A stretch of DNA of 64,000 nt from assembly GCA_026770705.1 (NCBI GenBank), contig JANJGN010000035.1, positions 13,950,001 to 14,014,000 on the forward strand, read 5' to 3'. This document shows positions 12,680-25,100 of the stretch, piece after piece. The translations under genes and the position numbers were made by a program. A model generated the notes under the pieces. The model worked only from the letters and a program-made list of their open reading frames with translations, was not told the DNA's origin and did not search any database. Every line of letters starts with the position of its first letter. Position 1 is the stretch's first letter. This DNA is from Isurus oxyrinchus. Its lineage: Eukaryota.

Positions 12680-12950
12680 GCTCTATTGAAATATAAACAA
12701 TGCACTGCACTTTATAAGTTGCCTTGTGTACCTATGTGCTGTCGAGTCAAATGGATCACGGCGAGAGCAACTCCTGAGGGTGATAAGCAAACTGTGACTA
12801 TTCACTGTGTGGAATAAGAGGATCAGAAAAGCGCTTTGACACAATTTGTTACACAGCAGAATATTGGCATAAGAGCCACTGCTCGCAAATCTTTCAGATC
12901 CACTGGATTTGGATTCTGAACCACCAGAAGATGAATTACTGAATTGCAGC
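12680..12950 (-). mobile_element. Ancient Rex1/Babar-like reverse transcriptase relic
   Basis: Frameshifted pieces NPVDLKDLRAVALMP / QFAYHP / LYFNRAFST occur in the order of RT motifs LNDYRPVALT / QFAYR / FIDFSSAFNT. Confidence 0.5.
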
Positions 12951-13009
12951 ACTGAGAAACAGTATGCATGTGGGAAATTCACCAAATCTACTAAGACAGC
13001 AATTTCCAT

Positions 13010-13310
13010 ACCCCGATCACGGCCATCTAGAAGGACCAGAGCAGCAGATATATCGGAAAACCATCACATGGATGTACCCCTCCAACTCTCTGACCAGTCA
13101 ATCTTAAAGACATATCAGCCGTTCCTTTACTGTCACTCGGTCAAAATCCTGGAACTCCTTCCCTGACAGCGCTGTGGGTGTTCTCACACCACATGGACTG
13201 CAGCGGTTTAAGAAGGCAGTTCACCACCAGCTTCTAAATTAGCAATTAGTGCTGGGCAATAAATGCTGTCCAAGGCAGCGAAACCCACATCCCGTGAATG
13301 AATTAAGGGA
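13010..13310 (+). mobile_element. LINE 3' tail fragment
   Basis: ccatctagaaggaccagagcagcagata...cacaccacatggactgcagcggtttaagaaggcag...gggcaataaatgctg...cccacatcccgtgaatgaat. Confidence 0.8.
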
Positions 13311-13671
13311 AACAATTTCCGAAAGTGCAGAGGGATAGAAGCTGCCTCCTGATGAACAGATATCTTCAGAATATGTTTAGCGAACTGAACTGGGCTGTAG
13401 ACTTTCTCCAGATTCAATCGCTTGAATTGTTAAACCAGTGGCCACTTATTGATTGGAACACAAAACCACTTTAAATCAGGGAGTAAATCCTCATGCATAT
13501 TCAAATATTCATTGAGTTCATTACATTTGAATCAGCTGAAAAAAAACAGTTCGATTAATGTGCCACAACACAAGCATTGTCTCTCATCAAGTATGGAGGA
13601 AACATGGAACATTAATCAAATTAGATTCTCTTTTCCATGCACATCGGGGATTTCTTTTTCTAAAACCCCTA

Positions 13672-14520
13672 ATAACATAAGAAATAAGGACAGGCGTAAG
13701 CCATTCAGGCACGGAAGCCTGCCCCGCCATTAATTAAGATCATGGCTGACCTGCTCCACGCTTCAACTCCACTTTTGTGCCAGCCCCTAATACCCCTCAA
13801 ATCCCCGATATTTCAAAAACCTATCTACATTCAGTTTAAATACTTTGTGTTCTAGCCTTCAGAAACCTCGAAGGAAGAGAATTCCAGACATTTACTACAA
13901 TCTCTGTTTTAACTGAGTGTCCCCTTATGCTGTAATTGTGACCCCTAGTTCAAGATTCCACCACCAATGGCAACATTTTCTCAACATCTACCTCTAACAA
14001 CCCTTCAAAACCTTGTAGATTTCAATATGTTAACACATCATTCTTCTAAAGGCTAACGAAAAAGGCCTAACCTGTTTAGCCTTTCTTGATATGTCAACCA
14101 CTTCATCCCACGAATTAGCCGATCGAATCTCTTGTCAACAGCCTCCAATGCCAGCATATCCTCTCTTAATTACGGGGACGGAAACTGTGCACAGTTCTCC
14201 AGGTGCGGCCTCACCAAGCCCCTGTAGAGTTGAAACAAGTCTTACATTTTACTAAACTCCAATCACCTAGCAAGACAGGCCAACATTTCATTAGCCTTCT
14301 TATTTAATTGCTGCACCTGTGTTGCATGAACAAGAACACTTTGCTCCCTATTTGCTGCACCTTTTCGTAGTGTCACTAAACATATATAATATTCTGCCTT
14401 CCAAATTGCATGACATCATGATTTCCTACGTTAAATTCCGCATGACACACTCTTGCCGACTCAGCCAATTTGTCTGTACCCACTTGCAGATCCCTTCTGC
14501 CCCCATCACAACTTGCACAC
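13672..14520 (-). mobile_element. CR1 LINE 3' portion
   Basis: aacataagaaataagga...taagatcatggctga (tail) and aactgtgcacagttctccaggtgcggcctcaccaa (reverse of LVRPHLEYCxQF). Confidence 0.85.
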
Positions 14521-15929
14521 CAACGAACCTACAGTCGTAACCAAAGCCACATCTTCCACAATCTCAATTCCCCTTCCCACTAAATATCTGCTCTCGTATT
14601 AATGACTACAACCTCCTTAAAGATATCCCAACTGGCGTTGTTAATTGACGTTTGCAGATGGTTAAATTTCGTATAATCCCAAACTTTAACCAATTTCCTG
14701 AGAGGCTTTGAAGTTTTAGGTTTTAGTGTTTTCGATATTTAGCGAGGAGGTATTGAACACTGATCTCAAATTCCGATCTCTGGTTGAATCCGGGACTTGT
14801 AAGCATCAGCGACAGAGCAAAGAGTGGACGTATTGCCTTTTCCCGCAAGTTGGCCTGTTTAAACACATTGAGTTACAGAGGATCTCTTTCAAAGCCAAGT
14901 CACAGTGATTCATGTCAACTCAGTGATGAATGTGGAGAGAGGGCAGGCAATTCTTGGACCGTTCATGGTCAACACCCGACGCTTCACCCCTGCATTTGCA
15001 CCCAATGGAACATAAACCAGATTAACGTATGCGTATTTAAGTTCTCAGGGTAGGGAGGAAGGGGCTGGGAGGCATGTACAGGAGGTCAATGTTAGCGAGG
15101 AAATTGCGTTTCTTAACGTTAAAATTCTTTAACCAAAGTTCACTCACGTGCATTAATCTGCAGCACCCGCCTGGTTGAAGTATTTGTAGCAGCTGGATTC
15201 TTGTCTGGCGAAATAGATGAAATGCATACATATTAATTGCGCTCTCTGGGATGTCAGAATTTTGCCTACATTCGGCAGAGGAAGAGCACACTTGACTCCC
15301 TGAATCCCTCCAAAAATTCTGTGCAAGGTGGAGTCTCATCAGTTTAATTGCTGACTGACCGCATATTGCTAAGAGCAATGACTGCACGTGATGGACGCTC
15401 ACCTCCTTTTCCCTCGCCGAATAAACCTTACCCCACCTTCCTTCTCCACCTCAGCTGAGGCCCAATTGTCGATTCGACCCTTGTCTATGAGCGTCGCCTC
15501 CTTCTGATCACTTCCCTTTTCTTACCCCGCTTGCATTGAAGCCGCTTGGAAAACGAGAGGGGCTCCTCCTGCACTGGCAAATCTACGAATTTCACTTGCA
15601 AGGCGTTGGTTGGCGCAAGTCAATGCAAAACATGGTATGCCAGATATGGTGTAATGCGGTGGGGGGATATGTGTTGCAATTTCAATCACCAGCGGCCTCG
15701 CGCATTCTCGCCCTACCAGGCTTAGTTATTATCAGCGGCACCAGTGGTGCTCTCTGACCTCGGCAGCCCCGCTTCCCCCACGCCTCAGTAGCAAAGCTCA
15801 CCACCGCCCACTCTCGCCGCCCCACACACAACAATGAACTTCAGAAACAGTCCCAAGATCCCAAGAATTAGGCGAAAGCAATAAGTAGTGCAAAACCCGT
15901 GGCATCACGATTTCCTTAGGGCTGTATAT

Positions 15930-17920
15930 TCAGGTACAACGGCAGCCAGATCCGTCTGTACTGCAGCATTCTGCAGCCTCTCTCTATATGAATAGTTTAC
16001 TATTTTTTTTAAGCCAAAGCGATCGAACTTGTATATCCCCACTTTATACTCCATCTTGCAAATTTCTTCCAACTTGCTTAACCAAATTCTATCGCCTTGC
16101 AGAATCTTTGTATCCTCCGCACAATATTGCTTCTCCCCTTTCTTTATATCATTAGAAAATGTACCAACATTAGAGCCGGTCCCTTCTTTGAAGTCATTGA
16201 TGTCGATACAGTAGAGTTTAAGAACTAGCTCTGAATGTTGCAGCGTTTCTCTAGTTACAGTTAGCCACCCTGTAAATGAACCGTTTATCCCGAATCCGGT
16301 TCCTTTCAGTAAGACCATAAATCATAGGAGCAGAAATTCGGCCATTCGGCCCATCGAGTATGCTCCGCCATTCAGTAATGGCTGATAAGTTTCTCAACCC
16401 GATTCTCCCGCCTTTTCCACGTAACCTTTGATCCCCTTATCAATCTATGTCGGTATTAATTCCATTCAATGACCTGGCCTCGACAGCCTTCTGTGGCAAT
16501 GAATTCCATGGATTAACCATTCTCTGCCTGAAGCAGTTTCTCCACATCTCTGTTCTAAAAGGTCTTCCCTTTACTCTGAGGCTGTGCTATCAGGCTCTAG
16601 TGTCTCCTACTATTGGAAACATCTTATTCATGTCCGCCCTATCCAGGCCTTTCAGTATTCTGCAAGTTTCATTAAGCTCCAGCGTCATCCTTCTAAACTC
16701 CATGTTTACACCATGACCTCTTATCTTCTGCAGTCCCATTTGGGCGGCACCTAATTGGGTGTCTTATTTATTAGGCAATAAACGATATAAGAACATTCCC
16801 CTTTAAACAACCTGTTTGTTGTATCAAGAAATGACCAGTATAAGCTTCCCAAATTCAATTTCCCTTCACCAAGCCATGTTGACTGTGCCTGATTGTAATA
16901 TGATTTTCTAAATGTTCTGCCAGTACCTCCGTAAGAATGTTTCCTAGTATTTCCACAATGACAGATCGGGGACTAACTGACTATTTGTTTCCAACATTCA
17001 GTCTCCTTTTTGTCCAATTGTTGTGTTATATCTGCTGCCTTCCAAATCACTGGGACATTTGCAAATGATAGGGAATTCTGGAAGATTTAAAACTCTTTAA
17101 CCCCTTTCCCAGCAGGCACTTCCTCAAAAATTCCAGCATGCATTTTATATGTTCCAGCGGAGCTGGCAGCCTTACTTCCCAATAGTTTCCTCAGCATAAT
17201 TTCCTCTGAGCATAGTGATTTTTTTTAACATCCTCTGTCCAACTTTGCCCCTGCTTTTCCGATTTTCATGGGATGATTTTGTGTCCCCCAAAGCGAAGAC
17301 AGAAACGAAATACAGTCTCAAAGTCTTTATCATTTACGCTTATCAACTATCTAGTCTCACTCTCTGTACGACTAATGCTCACATCACTGCTCTTTTCATT
17401 TTATACATACTTACAGAGGCTTGCACTGCCTGTTTTATATTTGTACTCCTTGATGTTTTTGCCGTGTTCGATATTGTTGCCGAGCACCCTGATGAGTGCA
17501 AGACAAAAGCTTTGACATGTCACTTTTTTCACCAGTAATCATGTTTCGTATTTCTCGCTGCTTTTTTTGTCTCATAACTTAATTTCTAAATGGTCGTTTG
17601 TCTCATTTGCTGCTATTTAATATCTTTCCAACTCTCTGGCCTACCACTATCTTTTGCAGCATCTGGCTTTCATATTTTTATTTAAATAGGATTCCATCCA
17701 TAATGTTCTCCTTACCCATGAATGGCGAATCCCTCTCGTAGAGTCTTTTTTACTCAGTGCAAGATATTATTTGCTGCAAGTTGTTAATGTCTCCTTAAAT
17801 AGATGTCATTGCTTCCCTGATGTCTTACATTTTAATTATACTCATTTTAGCCAATTCTATTTTCTTGATCTAGTAATTTCCTTCACTTAATTTCAAGGCA
17901 CTAGTTACAGACACAACTTT
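15930..17920 (-). mobile_element. Decayed CR1 ORF2 (RT region) with a younger nested CR1 3' end at about 16,312-16,712
   Basis: ORF 15905-16318 (...IDINDFKEGTGSNVGTFSNDIK...LQGDRIWLSK) resembles YINDL...SKFADDTK...LQxDLDRL. The nested piece starts accataaatcataggagcagaaattcggccattcggcccatcgag and is absent from copy B. Confidence 0.8.
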
Positions 17921-19334
17921 AAAACAATCGAACTTATTATTTGCTGGGAAACCACAGAGTGTGACAAAGATTACAAGCCCGTCCATACCAGAACAAAAAC
18001 TTGCAAAAGAAAACTAACAGTGTTCTGAACATTTTTCTCAGCAGAAAGACAATAGTAGAAATCAAAGAGTTTTAAACAACCTTATGCGGACAGCAGGCTG
18101 TAGGTTTAGTGTTGCAGTTTGCTGCCCCTAACAATGTTTCACAATTATACTGGGGAAGTAACATTGAAAAAGCACGTGCACCGGTTTATTTTTCTAACCA
18201 ATGTCTTTAACCACAAGAGAGATCCAATTTCCTCATTTGCTTCTTGTTTGACATTCACATCTGCATGTGTGACCAGTTAATGGGTCACTTCCGATTAGGT
18301 ACGAATCAAAAACATGAGTTTGAGACACTCACTTATGCAAATAAAGATTGCCCGGATCAGGCCTATGTATTGCAAAACTATCTGCACGTTTTCAATAGCA
18401 ACCAGAAAGACCAGCAGTTCTTTCAGAAAGCTGCACATCATTCATTCCAGGCAGTTAAGATGAAGACAGGTTGTAAAATAATGAACATTTCCTCACACCT
18501 CACACAACACACCCTCCACCCGCACCCCACCCCACCCCCTCCTCGCCCCTCCTCAGCCCCACACAAACACACACACACATAACTTCTGTCTCCCTTTCGC
18601 AATAATAATAATTTGCCATAAGTACCCAGATTGCAAAGTCCATAGCTCGAAGGCTGGAACCAGTTGAGGCTAATTCTAGAAATAGACAGCACAGAAGCAT
18701 AACATTTGGTCCGAGACCCTGTGTCCGCGTTAATCTCGCAGTTTGTTACAAACTTAGCGCGCAAAATGGATGCGCCATTGCTGCGTTGGCTCCCGGCTGC
18801 TGATCAGTCGAACTCCGGCATTAGTTACAAGGCATTTGGCGTCCAATTGGGAGATAGGTTGCCTGTGTCGTTCCAAATGGAGACTCCGAACAACAGCTTC
18901 TGCTCCAGATCATTATGGGCCCAAGCATGTAGTGAGTTATATTACAAACTCCAGAATATATGCTGCCAGCTTATGCCTTCAGGGAAGCTAAAACATGCTT
19001 TTGAAGAACAGGTTTAGAGTTTGTGTTCACACAGGGCTCATAGACGTGGCAAAATTTGGCCACGAGCTTTGTTGTTTCATGAAAAATGTATTAAGTCAGA
19101 CCCCCCAAATGGCCAGATACAGCAGGTGCATAAATCTTTCGATTAGTAACGAGTTCCCCGGCATTCATAAGGCCTAGGATGGAAATTCAAATACCCCAAC
19201 GGCTGATTGGTTATTTCAATTTATGCTTGTGAAAATGTTTGGACCTTAAATACCTTTTTATGTGATATGGATACAGCAAAGCACAAGGCTATGGTGAGCT
19301 GCTTTCAGGAACAGCCTCTTGCCATTACTTTTCA

Positions 19335-20500
19335 TACCGTAGATGTTCGACTCACTGGCCTGTAATTACCTCCTTTTTCCCTTCTACCCTCCTTGAATAA
19401 TGGTTTCACATAGGCTGACTCGAGTCCTCTAGCACCTCTGCTGTTGCCAGAGAGAATATGAAAATTAGTGTCTGAGACACGACCATAAGCTTCCATTCGT
19501 TCCTTGCTCAATCCTTGACATCCAGTGTTCCTGCATTTTTTGGTCATTCCCTTCACCTTTACAGGCACTTGAAGCCTCACTATGTCATTTTGAATCACTC
19601 GCCCACTGGCCTGACGCGGACTTTCCTGCAAGTAGCTACCCACAAACCACTTTGGCCAGATCCTGCCTTAACATATTGAAATCGGCCTTCCCTCAATTCA
19701 GAACCTTTATTTCGGGTCCTTCTTTTTCCTTTCCCATAACGACTTTTAATCTTTCATAGTTTTCGTCACTATACCCAAACGTATACCTTTTTGACACTTC
19801 TACCATTTTCCTCTCTTTATTCCCTCAGATTTGGCAGAGTGCCGCCCCTTCTCTTGTAGGACATTCTAGGTCATTGCTCAAAAGCAATCCTTGAAGGACA
19901 TGAAGTATTCGGGTCTCTCTAGGCCTTTCAATCTAAGACAACTTAATATTGGTGGAGATGATATCCTCTGCTCTTACTACACTATAATTTTTATACTTCT
20001 CTTAGATTTGCCTAAACAACTGCTCCTCTATATCCCACTGACTGTCCTATCGAACAATCCCAGCAAAGCGATTGCCCCAATTTTGTTTTTAATTACTACT
20101 GAAATGGCCTCATTTGATGAAACTTAAATGGTACCTTCGCTCTTGACTGCTGTAAATGTCTCCTTTATCATTAATATAAGGATACCTATTCTTTTACGCA
20201 CCCCAGCCCTTGCACCTTCACTTCTGAAGATTGAATGCCCTGGAATATTGAGCTGCCAGTCCTGCCCTTCCCTCCACCATGTCTCTTAGATGACAAAAAT
20301 ACCATATTTCCATACGTTAATCAACGCCCTCAATTCTTCTGATTTACTTATAAGACTCATTGCGTTAAAATAAGTGAAATTCATCCTTTCATTATTCCCT
20401 GGTGAATTAACGGGTCTACATTTACTATGCTTTCCAGACTGACTTAATTTTACTTCTATGTTTGGCTATACCTCAACCCCTGCTGTAACTGCCCAGGTAT
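19335..20500 (-). mobile_element. Decayed CR1 ORF2 5' region (AP endonuclease)
   Basis: ORF 19332-19643 ends PLFKEGRREKGGNYRPVS; tggaatattgagctgccag is the reverse of WQLNIP. Confidence 0.75.
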
Positions 20501-20739
20501 CTGATCAACCTTTTCTCCATCACGTCATCACGAGAAGAATAAAAAACAAAATCAACAAACCAGGGACAATGCAGCTACTTGAAAAGAAAGCTGTGAATGA
20601 ACTGAGAAAATGCAGAATTCAGGGTTCAGACTGAGCTTGTGCAGTCCAATTTCTCACCAAACCACCCCGACACCCACCACCCCGAAAAAATCCCATGAAG
20701 ACAGCGAAAATATCGCTTGCACCCACTACCCCCATCACA

Positions 20740-21035
20740 GGTGGCTTAGTGATATTTCCCCTGGCTAATTATGCAATGTAATGTCTTGGGGACCTGAGTA
20801 CCTGCAAAGATGATCAATTTGAACGATAATTCTAATGATGACCATGAAAGCATTGCTGATTTCGTAAAAAGCCCATTTGATTCTCCAATCCCGTTCAGGG
20901 GAGGCAATCTATCGTTATTACCTCGTCTGGACTGCATGTGGCTCCAGACGGACTGTGAACAAGGGGCAATCAATAATGGGCTATGAATGCTGGCATGGCC
21001 AGCAGCGTCCACATTCCATTAGGGAATTAAAAAAT
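20740..21035 (+). mobile_element. tRNA-headed SINE
   Basis: ggtggcttagtg...ctaatgatgaccatgaaagcattgctgatttcgtaaaaagccc...ggcaatctatcgttattacctcgtctggac...ggccagcagcgtccacattcc. Confidence 0.65.
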
Positions 21036-22124
21036 AACATCTCCGTTCATAAAAAAACTGAAAAATTTGCCCCTTTTCCTATACATTATAATATGTATTT
21101 TAACAACGATGGCATTCAGAAAAATTGCGAAACAACCAGGTATCAAAACGTCATGCTCCAATAAATTGCAATCCTTGAATTCTGAATTTTAAAACCTTTT
21201 GAAAGTGATATCTATTTTGGGTTTTTTTGAAGATTTAATTTAACCTTGTGCTTTTTACGGATGTTAATGATCAACTAATGAGGTCAATATGGAATCGCCT
21301 GCAGAACAGCCAGTGCTGTTACTCAGGCAATCGGGGGTGAACCCCTGACCCATTTATACGAAAAACGCAAAATGTTTTAGAAGCTGGAAACCTGAAACAA
21401 AAACACAAAGTTCTGGAAACACTCAGCAGTCTTCCAGCATCGGCAGAGTGAAAAATAAAGTTAAGGGCGACGATTACGCTGTGTTTCTCTTCATTCGTTT
21501 GTATGAAAATGAGTCCCCCAATTTTAGCCCGAGCGTCAAATTCTACTGTTGAAGTGAAAACAGATAGTGCTGGTAAATCTCAGCACGTTTGACAGCATGT
21601 GTGAACAGAGAAACGGAGTGAATATTTTAAAACCCAAGGACTCTACACTTGAAGGTCTATAATCTTTGAAGAAATTAATCCTTATCCTATTATCATGATG
21701 TCCGTGAGGCTATATTTCGGCAGGAAGGTTGAGGGGGGTCAGGACATGTTTTCAGTTAATCGATAGCACTGGACCCCGAGCCTGTCTTATAACATTTGAG
21801 TTGGTTGAACTCTGCTTACAATGTCAACATAACAAAGTGCTTCTCCGGAAAAATCGGAGGCGGGCTAGTGGTATTGCAGCGAGCATTTTGCCACTCATAT
21901 TACAGGTCACAGTCGCCACAATATTTCTTTGAAACATCGATTTTGCTTCGCTGGATGCAACTAACAGATGAGCTCCAAAGCGGAAACAGCGATTGGGCTT
22001 AAAGTTTGAGATATTGGTCACTCAACAGAACCCTGCATTAAAGCAGGACAGCCTGTCCAACGAGGCAACATAAGTGCATAGGAGAGAACAGGGCCACTAG
22101 ACAGTTGCTTATTTCCATTAAGTA

Positions 22125-22825
22125 CCCTGCCCACCCCACCAACAGACGCCTACCCACCAACACCAACCCCTACTCATCACAGTCCACCCCTCCCTGCCTT
22201 CGCAAGCACACCAACAACACACCACCTACCCCAAAACCATCCCCTCCTATCTCTGCATCGCCCGGCAACATCCCTACACAGCCCACATCCTACTCCCTGG
22301 CTGCCCAGCACACCAGCACCTACTCACTCACTCCACACCCAGCCCCTCCTCCCTGCCCACTGGGCGTAGCAACAACCCACTCACACAGTCCAATCCGTTC
22401 TCACTGCCTCGCCAACTCATCTAATCGCCCTCATCCACTCCACACCCACCCAATTCTTCCTGCCGAACAAACCGATCACAACCAATTACACACCTCCCAT
22501 CCGCCCCAACGTCCATCAACACCCAGGAACCTCATACGAAGACCCTCCTCAATACACAACTCACCGACCAACATCCACCCTTGTAGCCATTCCACATCTC
22601 CTCTTCTTTACCACACACGCCCATCAACACACCCCAAACCACCCGACGCCCACCTCCATTTCCCTTCCCATAATCAACACCACCTCACCCACCCCACCTC
22701 CAAAACTCTCGACCCTACCACCCCCAATCGTCAATCATCCCCTCACAATCCCCACACTACACTCACCCACTTCTCCATACACAAAAAGCTGCTCCCCCAC
22801 GCCCCCACACTCAACATCAGACGTT
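22125..22825. repeat. C/A-rich low-complexity tract
   Basis: Strong C+A skew; paralogous tract at 59,410-60,140. Confidence 0.85.
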
Positions 22826-23589
22826 AGGCCCAATAGAAAAGGAAAATGCTGCAGATGATGGAAATGTGAAAAAAAAAAGTCAGTATGTGCTGAAAACCAT
22901 CAACTGGTCTGGCAGCATATGTGGAGAGGGAAGCAGTGTTGACTTTTCTAGCCCATATGACCGTTCTTCTATGTTCTGCTCTGTACGGATCAGTCATCTC
23001 TCTAATCCAGGGAATAATTAGGGGCTTCCCATTAAAGAATCAATTCCTTTTACTGATGTCGACAGATTCTTGTTTGGGCCAAGGGACGAATTTTCACGCC
23101 GGGAATTTGTGAAAGCTGCTGGTTTTGTAATGAGCTCTCTAAACAACATCATAGCCTATCTGACCTTCTAGTGACCCAAGCACCTACCCTGTGCGGATAG
23201 GGCTCTCCTTGATTTCGCCCACTGAAAGGCACATTGTCTTTCAAAGTAAAAAACCTAACTGAATGTGATGAATAAATGCCCTTAAATGTTTTAGAAACTC
23301 CTCCAATTGCTGGAAGTGTTCAGCCTGAAAGTTCAAATCGTATTCATGCCACCAAATCACATCGTACCATGATTTACAACCCGTGTGGATGTGCTGCTCA
23401 GTATTTTCTTTTCTGAACTTTCAAACTGAGACATCCCGCTGTGCCTCAATACTCCACCAGTGGCCAAAAGACTGACTCCTGGGGAAAGGTTTCAGATCCT
23501 GCTTTCATACAACATGAAATATCTGTACTTTTCCCCCAATTGGAGATCGGTTAAGAGGTCCAGCATAATTGGCTTTCAACAGTGAACTG

Positions 23590-24185
23590 CTGGATGCAAT
23601 TGACCATCTCCACGTGAGAGACGCAATCCATGTCCAAATGCAGCAATACGCAGACATTTCCCATGCTTTGGCTGAGAAGTGGCAATAAACATTCGTGCCA
23701 CTCAAGTGTCAGGCAATGACAATCTCCAACAAGTGATAATACAACCATTACCCCTTGAATTGCAATGGCATTACTATCAATTATTCCCAGACTATCAACA
23801 TTCTGGGGATTCCATTGACCAGAAGGTGAATTCTAGTATCCGTATCAATATTGTGTCTACAAGAGCTGGTCAGAGGTTAGGCAACCCGCCGTGTCTAACT
23901 CACCGACTGACTCCCCAGAGACTGTCCGCCATCTACAAGGCACATGTCGGGAGTGTGATGGAAAAATCCAGTGAAGCCTGAAAAAGTGCAGGTCCCAAAA
24001 CAACCCAGAAGAATGACAGCAAACCTAATAATTCAGCTCGCTTGATTGGCACCCCATCCACAAACAGTCACTCCCTCCACCACCGACGCACTGCAGCAGC
24101 AGTATGAACCATCCTTAACATGCACCAGAAGTATTTACAAGGCCCCTTATGCAGCATCTCCCAAACGCACGACCACAACATTATT
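23590..24185 (+). mobile_element. LINE ORF2 C-terminal fragment
   Basis: gtccaaatgcagcaa...ggctgagaagtggcaataaacattcgtgccactcaagtgtcaggcaatgac...ctgtccgccatctacaaggcaca (LSAIYKA.V.SVME); same insertion at 60,910-61,730. Confidence 0.8.
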
Positions 24186-24269
24186 AAGGCAAATGGAATT
24201 CAACTGAAGGAGAGATATTTCACGTCAGCAGGTGATAATGACGTAACTCAGAATGTTTTATGAGATTTG

Positions 24270-25100
24270 TTCCCTGAATCCGCCCCTCTTTCTTCCTCCT
24301 CGTGCACTTCTTCTCCCTCTCTCTCTATCACCTCCCTCTCCCTCTTCCCCAACCACTAACTCTTTCACGGTCACTCCCTCTGTGTTATGCTTTGACACTG
24401 CTTCCCTCTCTCTCTCTCTCTGTCTCTTCGTTAATGAATTAATCCAGGGCGTTTTAAGCGAGCTGTTCCCAAATCAACCATCCTTTCTTTTATGCTCTTC
24501 CTCCACTTCAACATATATCTTCTGTCTCCCCATCTATCTCCACTGTCTCCCCTTCTCTCCAACCTGCCCCAACCCACTCTCTCTTCCATTCACTCTTTGT
24601 CCCTATCTGTTACATCCTCATCCAAGGTCTCTCCTTCTCTCTCCCTCACAGGTTCCCCATCTACTTATCTCCCCCACCCACGGCCACCTCCTGCTCTTAG
24701 TCTCTATTACTCTCACAGACCCCCATCCATTGCTTTTCAATTCTGCCCAGTTCTGTTTCTAGCACCCAACGACTCGCTCTGCCCTCTCCCTCTCTCTCAC
24801 TCTCTCTCCTTCCTGATATCTCGCACCCAAAGCCATCTCCCGGATCTATGTTTCTATCCATCTCTCTCTTTCTGTCTCTCACTGTGCTTGTATATCTCTA
24901 CGTCTCCCTTGCTCTCCATGCCTATCCCCCTCCAACTCTCTATCTCTTTACTTCCTACCGATAAATCCCCAAGCTCTCTACCCATCCTCCTCTCTATCTT
25001 CAACACTATCTGTCGCACCACCACCATCTACCTCTCAATCTCTTTATTCTTCTCGTTCTCTGGTTGCTCCTGTCTCTCTCTTTCTGTCTAGCTCTCTCTC
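24270..25100. repeat. C/T-rich low-complexity (polypyrimidine) tract
   Basis: Degenerate (CT)n runs. Confidence 0.85.

Larger units (their letters stand above)
1..24185 (+). repeat. Segmental duplication, copy A (probably extends left of the window)
   Basis: Colinear similarity with 42,373-61,460. Examples: 430-515 ~ 42,825-42,910 (gaagatctagg-caatca...gccaagtcaggatg); 4,200-4,900 ~ 45,020-45,720; 9,120-9,540 ~ 49,270-49,700; 15,234 ~ 51,181 (taattgcgctctctgggatgtc); 15,820 ~ 51,790 (cccacacacaac-atgaacttcagaaacagtcccaa); 18,610-19,090 ~ 54,110-54,590; 23,220-23,500 ~ 60,510-60,790. Satellites and old TEs are in the same order. Confidence 0.93.

Noticed and set aside
22105-22827. 240 aa Pro/His/Thr-rich ORF (and the similar ORFs at 59,356-60,287)
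   Set aside because: By-product of a C/A-rich low-complexity tract that lacks stop codons; the peptide is not conserved between the paralogous tracts.
24253-25091. 169 and 199 aa Leu/Ser/Pro ORFs
   Set aside because: Overlapping frames across a (CT)-rich tract.
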